Assembly (NCBI GenBank): GCA_965237805.1
Contig: OZ250153.1
Location: 1,504,001-1,568,000 of the forward strand
Reading direction: 5' to 3'
Source: Gammaproteobacteria bacterium
GTDB taxonomy: Bacteria; Pseudomonadota; Gammaproteobacteria; JABABF01
DNA length: 64,000 nt
The notes under the pieces are model-generated. The model ran no database searches. It worked only from the letters and a program-made list of their open reading frames with translations, and was not told the origin of the DNA. A program made the position numbers and the translations under genes. Positions 42,569 to 51,035 of this stretch are shown here, piece after piece; the first letter of the stretch is position 1; each line of letters starts with the position of its first letter.

Positions 42569-43201
42569 GTGGTGGCACCGGTGATCGCGTTGGATGGCCC
42601 CAGTGGCTCGGGCAAGGGCACGGTGGCCGATTTGCTCGCTGCCGAATTGGGCTGGCACCGTCTGGACAGCGGCCGGTTGTATCGCGCGGTGGCTCTACTG
42701 TCCTTGGAGCGCGGCATTGCGCCCGACGACGAGGAGCTGCTGCTGTCCTCGGTCGACGCTGTGCCGGGTGTGCTGCAGCGCGACGATGCCGACAGCGCAC
42801 TGCGTAGTGAGCGGGTCGGTCGGCGCGCCTCCGAGGTTTCCCCGCTGTCAGCGCTGCGCCGCGCCTTGCTCGGCTATCAGCACCGTTGCCGACGTTTGCC
42901 AGGCTTGGTTGCCGATGGTCGCGATATCGGCACGGTGGTCTTTGCCGATGCTCCGTTGAAGATTTTTTTACTGGCTTCGCTGGCTGAGCGCGCCCGCCGC
43001 CGCCAGGCTCAGTTGAAAGAGTGCGGCGAGCTCGCTACTATAGAGGATGTTTTGGCTGATTTGCGTCGCCGCGACCGCCGTGATCGTTCACGTGCTTCAT
43101 CGCCGCTTTGTGCGGCACCGGACGCAGTCACCATCGATAGCAGCTCCTTGTCAGCTGTCCGAGTTGCAGCCTTGGTGTTGCAGCATTGGCAGGGATGCTG
43201 A
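42569..43201 (+). CDS. cmk: Cytidylate kinase
   Basis: DGPSGSGKGT, LDSG.LYR, DGRDIGTVVF, RDRRD. Confidence 0.92.
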   Translation: MVAPVIALDGPSGSGKGTVADLLAAELGWHRLDSGRLYRAVALLSLERGIAPDDEELLLSSVDAVPGVLQRDDADSALRSERVGRRASEVSPLSALRRALLGYQHRCRRLPGLVADGRDIGTVVFADAPLKIFLLASLAERARRRQAQLKECGELATIEDVLADLRRRDRRDRSRASSPLCAAPDAVTIDSSSLSAVRVAALVLQHWQGC

Positions 43202-43233
43202 ATCACAGACGACAGGGCAGGGGAGACATCACG

Positions 43234-45024
43234 ATGACAGACAATACCAGCACAGACCTAGCGGCTGCAGACAGCGGCACCCTTGCCGGGGGAGCGCCCG
43301 ACTTCGCCACCCTCTTCAGCCAGAGTGCAAACACTTTGGACTGCGTGCCGGGCAAGCTGGTGACGGCGGTGGTGATGGCGCTGGACGATCAATATGTCAC
43401 TGTACACGCTGGCCTTAAATCTGAGGGCTTGATCCCGCGCCGCCAGTTCCTCGAAGAGGAGCGCGAGCGAGCGCTAGAGGTTGGCGATCCGGTGCAGGTG
43501 GTCCTCGAGACTATCGACGATGGCCTCGGTTGCACCCAGCTGTCACGCGAGAAAGCGCGGCGTCAAGAGGTTTGGGGGCGGCTTGAACAGTGCCACAAAG
43601 AGGGTGGCACGGTGACTGGGCTGATTTCGGGCAAGGTCAAGGGCGGCTACACCGTCGATGTCGAAGGCATGGTGCGTGGCTTTTTGCCCGGCTCCTTGGT
43701 GGAGCGTCGCCCGGTGCAGGACATCTCTGATTTGGAGGGGCAGACGCTGGAGTTCCGTATCATCCGTCTCGAGGCCGAGCGCAACAATGTGGTGTTATCG
43801 CGCCGCGCTGTGTTGGAGGAAGAGCACAGCGGTGAGCGCGAGGGCATCTTGGCGAAGATAGCCGTGGGGCAGGTGCTCAAGGGCACGGTCAAAAATATGA
43901 TGGATTACGGTGCCTTCATCGGTTTGGGCGGCGGGGTCGACGGCCTGTTGCATGTGACTGACATGTCGTGGAAGCGTGTCAACCGTCCCGAAGAGGTGGT
44001 GCAGACAGGTCAAGAACTAGAGGTCAAAGTCTTGCGTTTCGATCCCGAGACGCAACGTATCTCACTGGGGCTCAAGCAGCTCGCGGAGGATCCTTGGAAC
44101 AGCATTGAGCGCAAGTACCAGCCCGGTGCCCGGGTGCAGGTGCGGGTGACCAAGATCATGGAATACGGTTGCTTTGCCGAGCTGGAGCCCGGCGTTGAGG
44201 GATTGGTGCACGCCTCCGAGTTGGACTGGACCAGCCAGCATGTACAGCCCTCTCGCTATGTGCATGTCGGTCAAGAGGTTGAGGTCGAGGTGCTGGAGGT
44301 CAATGTCGAGCGCCACCGCATTTCGCTCAGCACCAAGCGTTGCCGGGGTAATCCGTGGCAGGATTTTGCCGGGCAGCACAAGAAGGGCGATCGCCTCGAA
44401 GGCATCGTGCGCTCGATCACCGATTTCGGCCTGTTTATCGAGCTGGAGGGCGGCATTTCCGGTCTGGCGCATGTCTCGGACTTGGCGGAGGAAGCCTCTG
44501 GTGCCGCGCCAGCGGAGCAGCAGAGCCTGCTACAGCGCTATTCCCGCGGCGAGAAGATCGAGGTCATGGTGATCGCCATCGACACCGATCGCGAGCGCAT
44601 CTCCCTAGGTGTCAAGCAGTTGAGCGATACGCTCAGCAGCTATATCAAGCAATACCCGATGGATTCAGTGGTGACCGCTATGGTGGAGAAAACCGGTGCC
44701 CGTTCAGCCACCTTGCTGCTGGACTGGGATGAGCCGGGCGAGGTGCGTGGTGTGTTGCGGGTTGCCGAGCTGGGTGAGGAATTGGCACCGGACGGCATGC
44801 GCGACTTGCTGTCCATTGGCCAGCGCATGCAGCTGCGCATCATCGATCTGGACCATCGGCAGCGTCGGGTGGTGTTGTCGCCGCGTGACTGCGAAGAGAC
44901 GCTCAAGGAGCTGGCGGAGACAGCGGCACCTCGTCGTGGTGCCATCGGCCAGCTGCTGGATGCCCAGGGAGCGGGAGTGGACAGTCAGCCCGATGATGAC
45001 TCGACCCCGGAGTCTGAGGCCTAG
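43234..45024 (+). CDS. rpsA: 30S ribosomal protein S1
   Basis: Repeated S1 domains (GLKSEG, FLPGSLV, DGLLHVTD, EGLVHASE); GGAG RBS. Confidence 0.95.
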   Translation: MTDNTSTDLAAADSGTLAGGAPDFATLFSQSANTLDCVPGKLVTAVVMALDDQYVTVHAGLKSEGLIPRRQFLEEERERALEVGDPVQVVLETIDDGLGCTQLSREKARRQEVWGRLEQCHKEGGTVTGLISGKVKGGYTVDVEGMVRGFLPGSLVERRPVQDISDLEGQTLEFRIIRLEAERNNVVLSRRAVLEEEHSGEREGILAKIAVGQVLKGTVKNMMDYGAFIGLGGGVDGLLHVTDMSWKRVNRPEEVVQTGQELEVKVLRFDPETQRISLGLKQLAEDPWNSIERKYQPGARVQVRVTKIMEYGCFAELEPGVEGLVHASELDWTSQHVQPSRYVHVGQEVEVEVLEVNVERHRISLSTKRCRGNPWQDFAGQHKKGDRLEGIVRSITDFGLFIELEGGISGLAHVSDLAEEASGAAPAEQQSLLQRYSRGEKIEVMVIAIDTDRERISLGVKQLSDTLSSYIKQYPMDSVVTAMVEKTGARSATLLLDWDEPGEVRGVLRVAELGEELAPDGMRDLLSIGQRMQLRIIDLDHRQRRVVLSPRDCEETLKELAETAAPRRGAIGQLLDAQGAGVDSQPDDDSTPESEA

Positions 45025-45071
45025 CGAGTGGGGCGCGCGGGCAGCAGTTGCTGGGTCGGGGTGCTGCGGCG

Positions 45072-45353
45072 ATGACGCGTGCCGAGCTCTGTGGCCGCCT
45101 GTATAGGCGGCATCCGGATCTCAATCGCGCCGACCTCGACGAGGCGGTTCGCATCGTCGTGCGCAGCGTGGCGGCATCCTTAGCCGCTGGCCAATCCGTC
45201 GAGCTGCGCGGCTTCGGCAGTTTCAGAGTCAGCATGCGCAAGGCCGGTTTGGCGCGCAACCCGCGTAGCGGCGAGCTGGTGTGGGTGAATGCTCGGCGCA
45301 CGGTGTTATTTCGCCCTGGGGCCTCGTTGCGCGCCCGCATTAACAATCGCTAG
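45072..45353 (+). CDS. ihfB: Integration host factor beta
   Basis: ELRGFGSF, ARNPRSG, FRPG; follows rpsA. Confidence 0.9.
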   Translation: MTRAELCGRLYRRHPDLNRADLDEAVRIVVRSVAASLAAGQSVELRGFGSFRVSMRKAGLARNPRSGELVWVNARRTVLFRPGASLRARINNR

Positions 45354-45379
45354 CACTGCTAGGGGGCGGTGGTGGCACC

Positions 45380-46348
45380 GTGAAATCCGGGTCGGTGGGG
45401 CATGGGGTGAGCCACCACGTGGTCAGCGCAGATCATTCCGGTCGGCGGCTGGACAATTATTTAGCTGGCCTGTTGCGCGGCGTGCCGCGCGGGCGACTCT
45501 ACCGTGCTGTGCGCAGCGGCGAGGTGCGCGTCGATGGTGGCCGGGTCGCGCCTTCCCACAGGTTGTGCGGTGGCGAGCGTGTGCGCATTCCACCGCTGCG
45601 CCTCTCGCCGCCGCCTGCGGCGCGGGTCTCCCGCGCGCTGGATCTGCCAGCGATGACGCTCTACAGCGATCGCGATCTACTGGTGTTGGACAAGCCTGCG
45701 GGGCTCGCGGTACATGGCGGTAGCGGGCTGCGCGACGGGCTGATCGAGCGTCTTCGCGCTACCTACCCGCAATGGCGTGGCATCGAGCTGGCGCACCGCC
45801 TCGACCGCGACACCTCCGGTTGCCTGTTGCTGGCACGTTGTGGCGAGCCCCTGCGCGCACTGCACAGCGCTCTGCGTGAGCACCGGGTCGGTCGCTGTTA
45901 TCTGGCCTTGGTGGTCGGTGCGTGGACGTCGGTGCACAACTGTATTTCCCTACCGCTTTCGCGTCCCGAGCGCTGTGCTGGCGGGCGGCGGGTGCGGGTG
46001 CAGCTCAGCGGCTATCCGTCTCGGAGTCGTTTTCGCCTCTGCGAGCACTTTCCGGCCGCCGGGCTCAGCTTGGTGGCAGCGCAGGCGCTAACTGGCCGCA
46101 CCCACCAGTTGCGAGTCCATTTGGAGGCGGTGGGGCACCCCATCGCTGGCGATGAGCGCTATGGTGACCGGCGCTGGAACCGTCGTCTCGCCAGCTGGGG
46201 TTTGCGGCGGCAATTCCTGCATGCCACTTCGCTGTCTCTGCGCCACGGCGGGCGACCGCTGAAAGTGCGTGCTGCGCTGCCGGAGGAGCTGCGTTGCGTG
46301 CTGGAGCGTCTGCGGCGCGGTGGCGGCGCTGGCCTCGCCAGCTGCTGA
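45380..46348 (+). CDS. rluC: 23S rRNA pseudouridine synthase RluC
   Basis: S4 domain RRLDNYL, KPAGLAVHGGSG, HRLDRDTSG, TGRTHQLR. Confidence 0.9.
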   Translation: MKSGSVGHGVSHHVVSADHSGRRLDNYLAGLLRGVPRGRLYRAVRSGEVRVDGGRVAPSHRLCGGERVRIPPLRLSPPPAARVSRALDLPAMTLYSDRDLLVLDKPAGLAVHGGSGLRDGLIERLRATYPQWRGIELAHRLDRDTSGCLLLARCGEPLRALHSALREHRVGRCYLALVVGAWTSVHNCISLPLSRPERCAGGRRVRVQLSGYPSRSRFRLCEHFPAAGLSLVAAQALTGRTHQLRVHLEAVGHPIAGDERYGDRRWNRRLASWGLRRQFLHATSLSLRHGGRPLKVRAALPEELRCVLERLRRGGGAGLASC

Positions 46349-46439
46349 TGAGGGAGTGGTGCGCTGAGCCTGCTAAAATGACGATGTCGTTGGTCGGGAG
46401 TGCCGTGGCACTCGCTGTCGTCACAGGAGGACAGGGCGC

Positions 46440-47435
46440 GTGGTCGAACATGATGATGCTTCCCGGCAAGCCGAGCGGACAGATGCACCGCTGAGTACGG
46501 CGGTGCTGGTGCAGTTGTTGCGCACGATCATCCTCGAACAGCGTCGCCGGCGGCGCTCGACCACTCTCTGGCGTCTTTTTAGCCTGCTCTTATTGGTGGT
46601 TCTGTTCACCGCGCTGACGACTTCGGTGCGGGGCGGCTTCGGCGGTGTGGCCTCATTTCCCGGTCGAGTCATCGATTGGTCGGGCGGTCACGCCGCTGTC
46701 GTGCATCTCGACGGGGTCATCTTGGCTGGCGAGCCAGCAGCTGCCGATCTGGTGGTTGCAGGTCTGCGCGATGCCTTTGCGCATGAGCAGACGCGGGCAG
46801 TGGTGCTGGCCATCGACAGCCCGGGCGGTAGCCCGGTTCAAGCGGATCTGATCCATGAGGAGATTTTGCGTCTGCGCACTGAGTATTCCGACACGCCAAT
46901 TTACGCCGTGGTTGGTGACACGGGGGTTTCCGCCGCCTACTATGTGGCGGTTGCCGCGGACAGTGTCTACGCTGCCCGCGCCAGCTTGATTGGCTCCATC
47001 GGTGTGGTCTACAACGGCTTCGGCCTCAGCGAGGCACTGGCCAAGTTCGGCGTCGAGCGTCGTTTGGTGGTCGCCGGCGAGGACAAGGGATTTTTGGATC
47101 CTTTTTCGCCGCTGAGCGAGGCGTCCCGTGCCGATTTACAGGCTATGCTCGACATCATCCACCAACAGTTCATCGAGCGGGTGCGTGCCGGACGTGGCGA
47201 CCGCTTGGTCAGTAGCGAGCAGTTGTTCAGCGGCAAGGTATGGACCGGTGAGCAGGCCTTGGAACTGGGCCTGATCGATGCACTTGGTAGCGTTGATTTT
47301 GTGGTCCGCGAGGTTGTGGAGACCGAGTCGTCGGTCGATTTCACCCGGCAGGAGGAATTGACCAGCCGACTGCTCAATCGCTTCGCCTCGCATTTTGCTC
47401 AGCGCTTAAGTGCGCTGTTGACCGGTTTGCGCTGA
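46440..47435 (+). CDS. S49 family peptidase (SppA-like)
   Basis: IDSPGGSP, SAAYY, GSIGV, FSGKVWTG. Confidence 0.9.
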   Translation: MVEHDDASRQAERTDAPLSTAVLVQLLRTIILEQRRRRRSTTLWRLFSLLLLVVLFTALTTSVRGGFGGVASFPGRVIDWSGGHAAVVHLDGVILAGEPAAADLVVAGLRDAFAHEQTRAVVLAIDSPGGSPVQADLIHEEILRLRTEYSDTPIYAVVGDTGVSAAYYVAVAADSVYAARASLIGSIGVVYNGFGLSEALAKFGVERRLVVAGEDKGFLDPFSPLSEASRADLQAMLDIIHQQFIERVRAGRGDRLVSSEQLFSGKVWTGEQALELGLIDALGSVDFVVREVVETESSVDFTRQEELTSRLLNRFASHFAQRLSALLTGLR

Positions 47436-47878
47436 TGCCGGGCGGCGAGCTGCCGCATCGGCTGCGCCCACAACGATTGGTCGGCAGCCACATCTGCGGC
47501 GACTTGTCGCTGGCGCGTCTGCCGCGTTTGGCCGCGCTGTCCACAGCTGGCACGGTGTCGCTGAGCTTGCAATTTTCAGAGGATGGCGCGCGGCGCTGCT
47601 TGGTGACCGGCATGGTGCGGGCGCTGTTGCGCCTGCCCTGCCAGCGTTGCTTAGATGAGATGGACTGGTGCTTTGAGTCCCGCGTCCAGTGGGGTGTGGT
47701 GGCCGATGATGCCGCCGCCGCCCGCCTGCCCAAATCGCTCGATCCGGTGTTGCTCGAAAGTGATGGTTCGATGGACTTGGACTGGGTGGTGGGTGACGAA
47801 GTACTACTCGGCACCCCGATGAACGCGATGCACGATCTCAGTATTTGTCCGGCGCGTTACAATAATCTGCTGAAGTGA
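47435..47878 (+). CDS. yceD: YceD/DUF177 family protein
   Basis: L.CQRCL motif, DEVLL..P...H; directly upstream of rpmF. Confidence 0.8.
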   Translation: MPGGELPHRLRPQRLVGSHICGDLSLARLPRLAALSTAGTVSLSLQFSEDGARRCLVTGMVRALLRLPCQRCLDEMDWCFESRVQWGVVADDAAAARLPKSLDPVLLESDGSMDLDWVVGDEVLLGTPMNAMHDLSICPARYNNLLK

Positions 47879-47910
47879 CGAGTTTCAGCCCCACATAGGA
47901 GACTTGCTTG

Positions 47911-48141
47911 ATGGCAGTGCAGAAAGGGCGCAAGAGCAGTTCAAAGCGCGATATGCGACGCTCCCATGATGGCTTGCGGCCACCGACGCTGGCGGTGGAT
48001 CCGCTCAGCGGTGAGCCCCACCGGCGCCATGCCGTCACCGCAGACGGTTTCTACCGCGGGCGACGACTGTTCGAACCGCTGCCGGAGCGCGCCGCCGATG
48101 GCGATGAAGCCGAGCCACAGGAGCATGCCAGCCCCTCTTGA
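47911..48141 (+). CDS. rpmF: 50S ribosomal protein L32
   Basis: [31 protein letters not shown]; AGGAG RBS. Confidence 0.95.
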   Translation: MAVQKGRKSSSKRDMRRSHDGLRPPTLAVDPLSGEPHRRHAVTADGFYRGRRLFEPLPERAADGDEAEPQEHASPS

Positions 48142-49127
48142 TGGTGTCGGCTGAGCCCTCATCTCGCCCCGCTTTCGCGCTACTGTTTCCGGGACAGGGC
48201 TCGCAGCGCGTTGGCATGCTCGGCGCACTCGCCGACGATGCCGAGCTGCGTACGACTTTCGCTGAGGCGGGCGATATATTGGGTGAGGACTTATGGCAGC
48301 TCGCCGCCGAGGGTCCGGAGGAGCGCCTGCGGCTGACGGTCAACACTCAGCCGGTACTGTTGACTGCTGGGGTGGCGTTGTGGCGCTCGTGGCGCACGGC
48401 TGGCGGCCCGGTGCCGCAGCTGATGGCCGGGCACAGCCTCGGCGAATTCACCGCCTTGGTCTGCGCCGGTGCCTTGGACTTTGCAGCTGCCCTGCGTCTG
48501 GTGCGCTTGCGAGCCATGGCGATGCAAGAGGCGGTGCCGGTCGGGCAGGGGGCGATGGCCGCGATCATCGGCTTGGACGATGAGCGTGTCGAGGAGCTAT
48601 GTGTCGCAGCTGGAGGTGACGGCGACGAGTGTGTTGCCGCCGTCAACTACAACGCCCCCGGCCAAGTGGCGATCGCTGGCCATGTGGCGGCGGTTGAGCG
48701 GGCGGTGGCGCTGTGCCGCGCAGCTGGCGCACGGCGCGCCTTGCCACTGCCGGTCAGTGCGCCGTTCCACTCGCCGCTGATGCGCCCGGTGGTCGAGCGG
48801 CTACAGGCGGCGCTGGCACCGCTGGCGATCGCCGAAGCCGAGCCACCGGTCGTGCGCAATGTCGATGCCGATCACGGTGGCGGTCCCGAGCGGATGCGTG
48901 CCGCGTTGGCACGCCAAGCAGCGAGTCCAGTGCTGTGGTCGCGCAGTGTCGAGCGCATCGCCGCCGCCGGTGTCACCACTTTTTTGGAATGCGGTCCGGG
49001 GCGGGTGCTATGCGGCTTGGTCGGGCGCATCCTCAACGGCGTCGAACACAGCGTCTTCGGATTAGAAGAGCCAGCGCGACGCGATGCGGCGCTGCGCCAT
49101 CTCCTCGGCAGCGCAGAGCTGGCATGA
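48141..49127 (+). CDS. fabD: Malonyl-CoA:ACP transacylase
   Basis: FPGQGSQ, GHSLGE, VSAPFHS. Confidence 0.95.
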   Translation: MVSAEPSSRPAFALLFPGQGSQRVGMLGALADDAELRTTFAEAGDILGEDLWQLAAEGPEERLRLTVNTQPVLLTAGVALWRSWRTAGGPVPQLMAGHSLGEFTALVCAGALDFAAALRLVRLRAMAMQEAVPVGQGAMAAIIGLDDERVEELCVAAGGDGDECVAAVNYNAPGQVAIAGHVAAVERAVALCRAAGARRALPLPVSAPFHSPLMRPVVERLQAALAPLAIAEAEPPVVRNVDADHGGGPERMRAALARQAASPVLWSRSVERIAAAGVTTFLECGPGRVLCGLVGRILNGVEHSVFGLEEPARRDAALRHLLGSAELA

Positions 49128-49873
49128 GCGGCGACGGCCCGCTGGCGGGACAAGTGGCGCTGGTCACCGGTGCCAGCCGCGGTATTGGCAGTGCCATCGC
49201 CGCACGGCTGGCGGCTGACGGTGCCGTGGTGGTCGGCACTTCGCGCAATGCCTCCGGTGCCGATAGTATCAGCCGTCAGCTGAGCGCTAGCGGTGGCTTT
49301 GGCTTGGTGCTGGATGCCTGCGATGCCGAGGCGTTGCCAGCCGCATTGACAGAGCTCGAGCAACGCGCTGGCGAGGCTCCCAGCATCTTGGTCAACAATG
49401 CGGGCATCACCCGCGACACCCTGTTGCTCCGCATGGGCGAGGCGGCTTGGGGAGAAGTGTTGGAGACCAACCTCAGCGCTGCCTATCGCCTGTGCCGCGC
49501 CATCGCCCGGTCGATGTTGCGCCGCCGAGTTGGGCGCATCATCAATATCAGCTCGGTGGTCGGTAGCGCTGGCAATCCGGGTCAGTCGAACTATGCCGCC
49601 TCCAAGGCAGGGCTGGAAGGCTTCAGCCGGGCGCTGGCCTTGGAGCTCGGCTCACGTGGCATCACGGTCAACGCGGTGGCACCGGGCTACATCGACACCG
49701 ATATGACACGTGCCATGTCGGACTCGGCGGCTCAGGAGCTACGCCAGCGCATCCCGCTGGGGCGACTGGGTGCGCCCGATGATGTGGCCGCTACGGTCGC
49801 CTTTTTGGCTGGTCCCGGCGGTTCCTACATCACTGGTGCCACGCTGCATGTCAACGGTGGACTCCACCTCTAG
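49124..49873 (+). CDS. fabG: 3-oxoacyl-ACP reductase
   Basis: TGASRGIG, NNAGITRD, NYAASK, LHVNGG. Confidence 0.95.
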   Translation: MSGDGPLAGQVALVTGASRGIGSAIAARLAADGAVVVGTSRNASGADSISRQLSASGGFGLVLDACDAEALPAALTELEQRAGEAPSILVNNAGITRDTLLLRMGEAAWGEVLETNLSAAYRLCRAIARSMLRRRVGRIINISSVVGSAGNPGQSNYAASKAGLEGFSRALALELGSRGITVNAVAPGYIDTDMTRAMSDSAAQELRQRIPLGRLGAPDDVAATVAFLAGPGGSYITGATLHVNGGLHL

Positions 49874-49883
49874 CCGCGATGGC

Positions 49884-49912
49884 TTGACTTGAGTGCCGCA
49901 CGGCATTAGTAT
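49884..49912 (+). promoter_or_regulatory. Putative sigma70 promoter upstream of the pilus locus
   Basis: TTGACT-N17-TAGTAT. Confidence 0.5.
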
Positions 49913-50007
49913 TTATCGACCCCAGCTGCGGAATCTTCGTAGATTTTCGTAACAGCGGTGACAGCTACAGTAGCGTTGACAGTCTCGAAAAAGCGGTCAA
50001 AAAGATC

Positions 50008-50892
50008 ATGTCTATAACAGCAAAAAAAGTGGCGATAGAAGCGGTGATATTTGCCACCTTAGAGCGTTGCTGGACTGGCTCTAGAGGCGCTGGCAGTGTG
50101 TTGGCGACGCTTGCTCTCGCAGTCAGTCTCAGCAGCCTCGCCGCCTCGCCAGTAGGGCGTGCGCAGAGCTCCGCGCAGGCTCAAGTGTTCAAGCCGACTT
50201 TGGTGCAGTTCGCACAGGCACAGAGTATCAATCCGGGTGGCTTCACTCCGCCCGGTAGCGCTGCCAGCGGCACGGCGGCCTCCGCTCTGCGTGGCTTCGA
50301 GCAATTGCAGGAATTGCAAGGCATGCTGGAAAAATACAATATTTCCCTGCCGCCCGAATTGCGCTTCTCTCAGGAGTTGCGCACTTTGGCGCAGCAGACC
50401 CAGCTGATTGATGCTCGTATTTCTCTGCTCGAGCGCATTGCCCAACTGACCGGCACTCACCGCGATGTGATGGAGCAGGTGCAGGGTCGGATCAAAAGTC
50501 TGCCACCAGAGGTTTTGGTGCTGATGTATGAGATCGGTGACATCTCCTCAATATTGCGTGCCGGGCGCACGTATTCGCCGGTTCGTAGCGCAACTCTCAA
50601 TGGTGATGCGGCACTAGCTGACGATGATGATGATGTTGCCCAAGAGATTACAGCCGACCAAGCCGGCTTGGCCTTGGTCGACGAATTGGTTAGCGTCCAC
50701 TGGGCTAGCAACTTGAGCGGCGGCGAAGTGGTGCCCGAACAGCCCGTGCGCTTGGTAGCCTCTTTTGGCGGTCAGTACTATGAGATCAAGACTGGCGATC
50801 ATATCGCGGGTTTTGAGATTGGCTTGGCCGACGAGCTCGGTGTTGGTGTTATCGTCTTCCGAGGCGAGGATCGTTTTTCGATGAAGTTCTGA
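50008..50892 (+). CDS. Type IVb pilus biogenesis protein, PilP-like
   Basis: Signal/TM segment, Gln-rich coiled coil, C-terminal EIKTGDHIAGFEI...GV resembling the PilP beta domain; directly before the ATPase as pilP is in R64-type loci. Confidence 0.5.
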   Translation: MSITAKKVAIEAVIFATLERCWTGSRGAGSVLATLALAVSLSSLAASPVGRAQSSAQAQVFKPTLVQFAQAQSINPGGFTPPGSAASGTAASALRGFEQLQELQGMLEKYNISLPPELRFSQELRTLAQQTQLIDARISLLERIAQLTGTHRDVMEQVQGRIKSLPPEVLVLMYEIGDISSILRAGRTYSPVRSATLNGDAALADDDDDVAQEITADQAGLALVDELVSVHWASNLSGGEVVPEQPVRLVASFGGQYYEIKTGDHIAGFEIGLADELGVGVIVFRGEDRFSMKF

Positions 50893-51035
50893 AATCGGCC
50901 ATTTGGACTTGGGCTGGTTTTTGCGGGTGAGCGGTAAACGCCAACAGATTTTTGATGCTGGCTGATGGGGGTGGCTGGTGTCTTTGGGGGCATGCGGGGG
51001 GCACCTTGAATCACTGAGATCCGTGGAGCTGCGTC

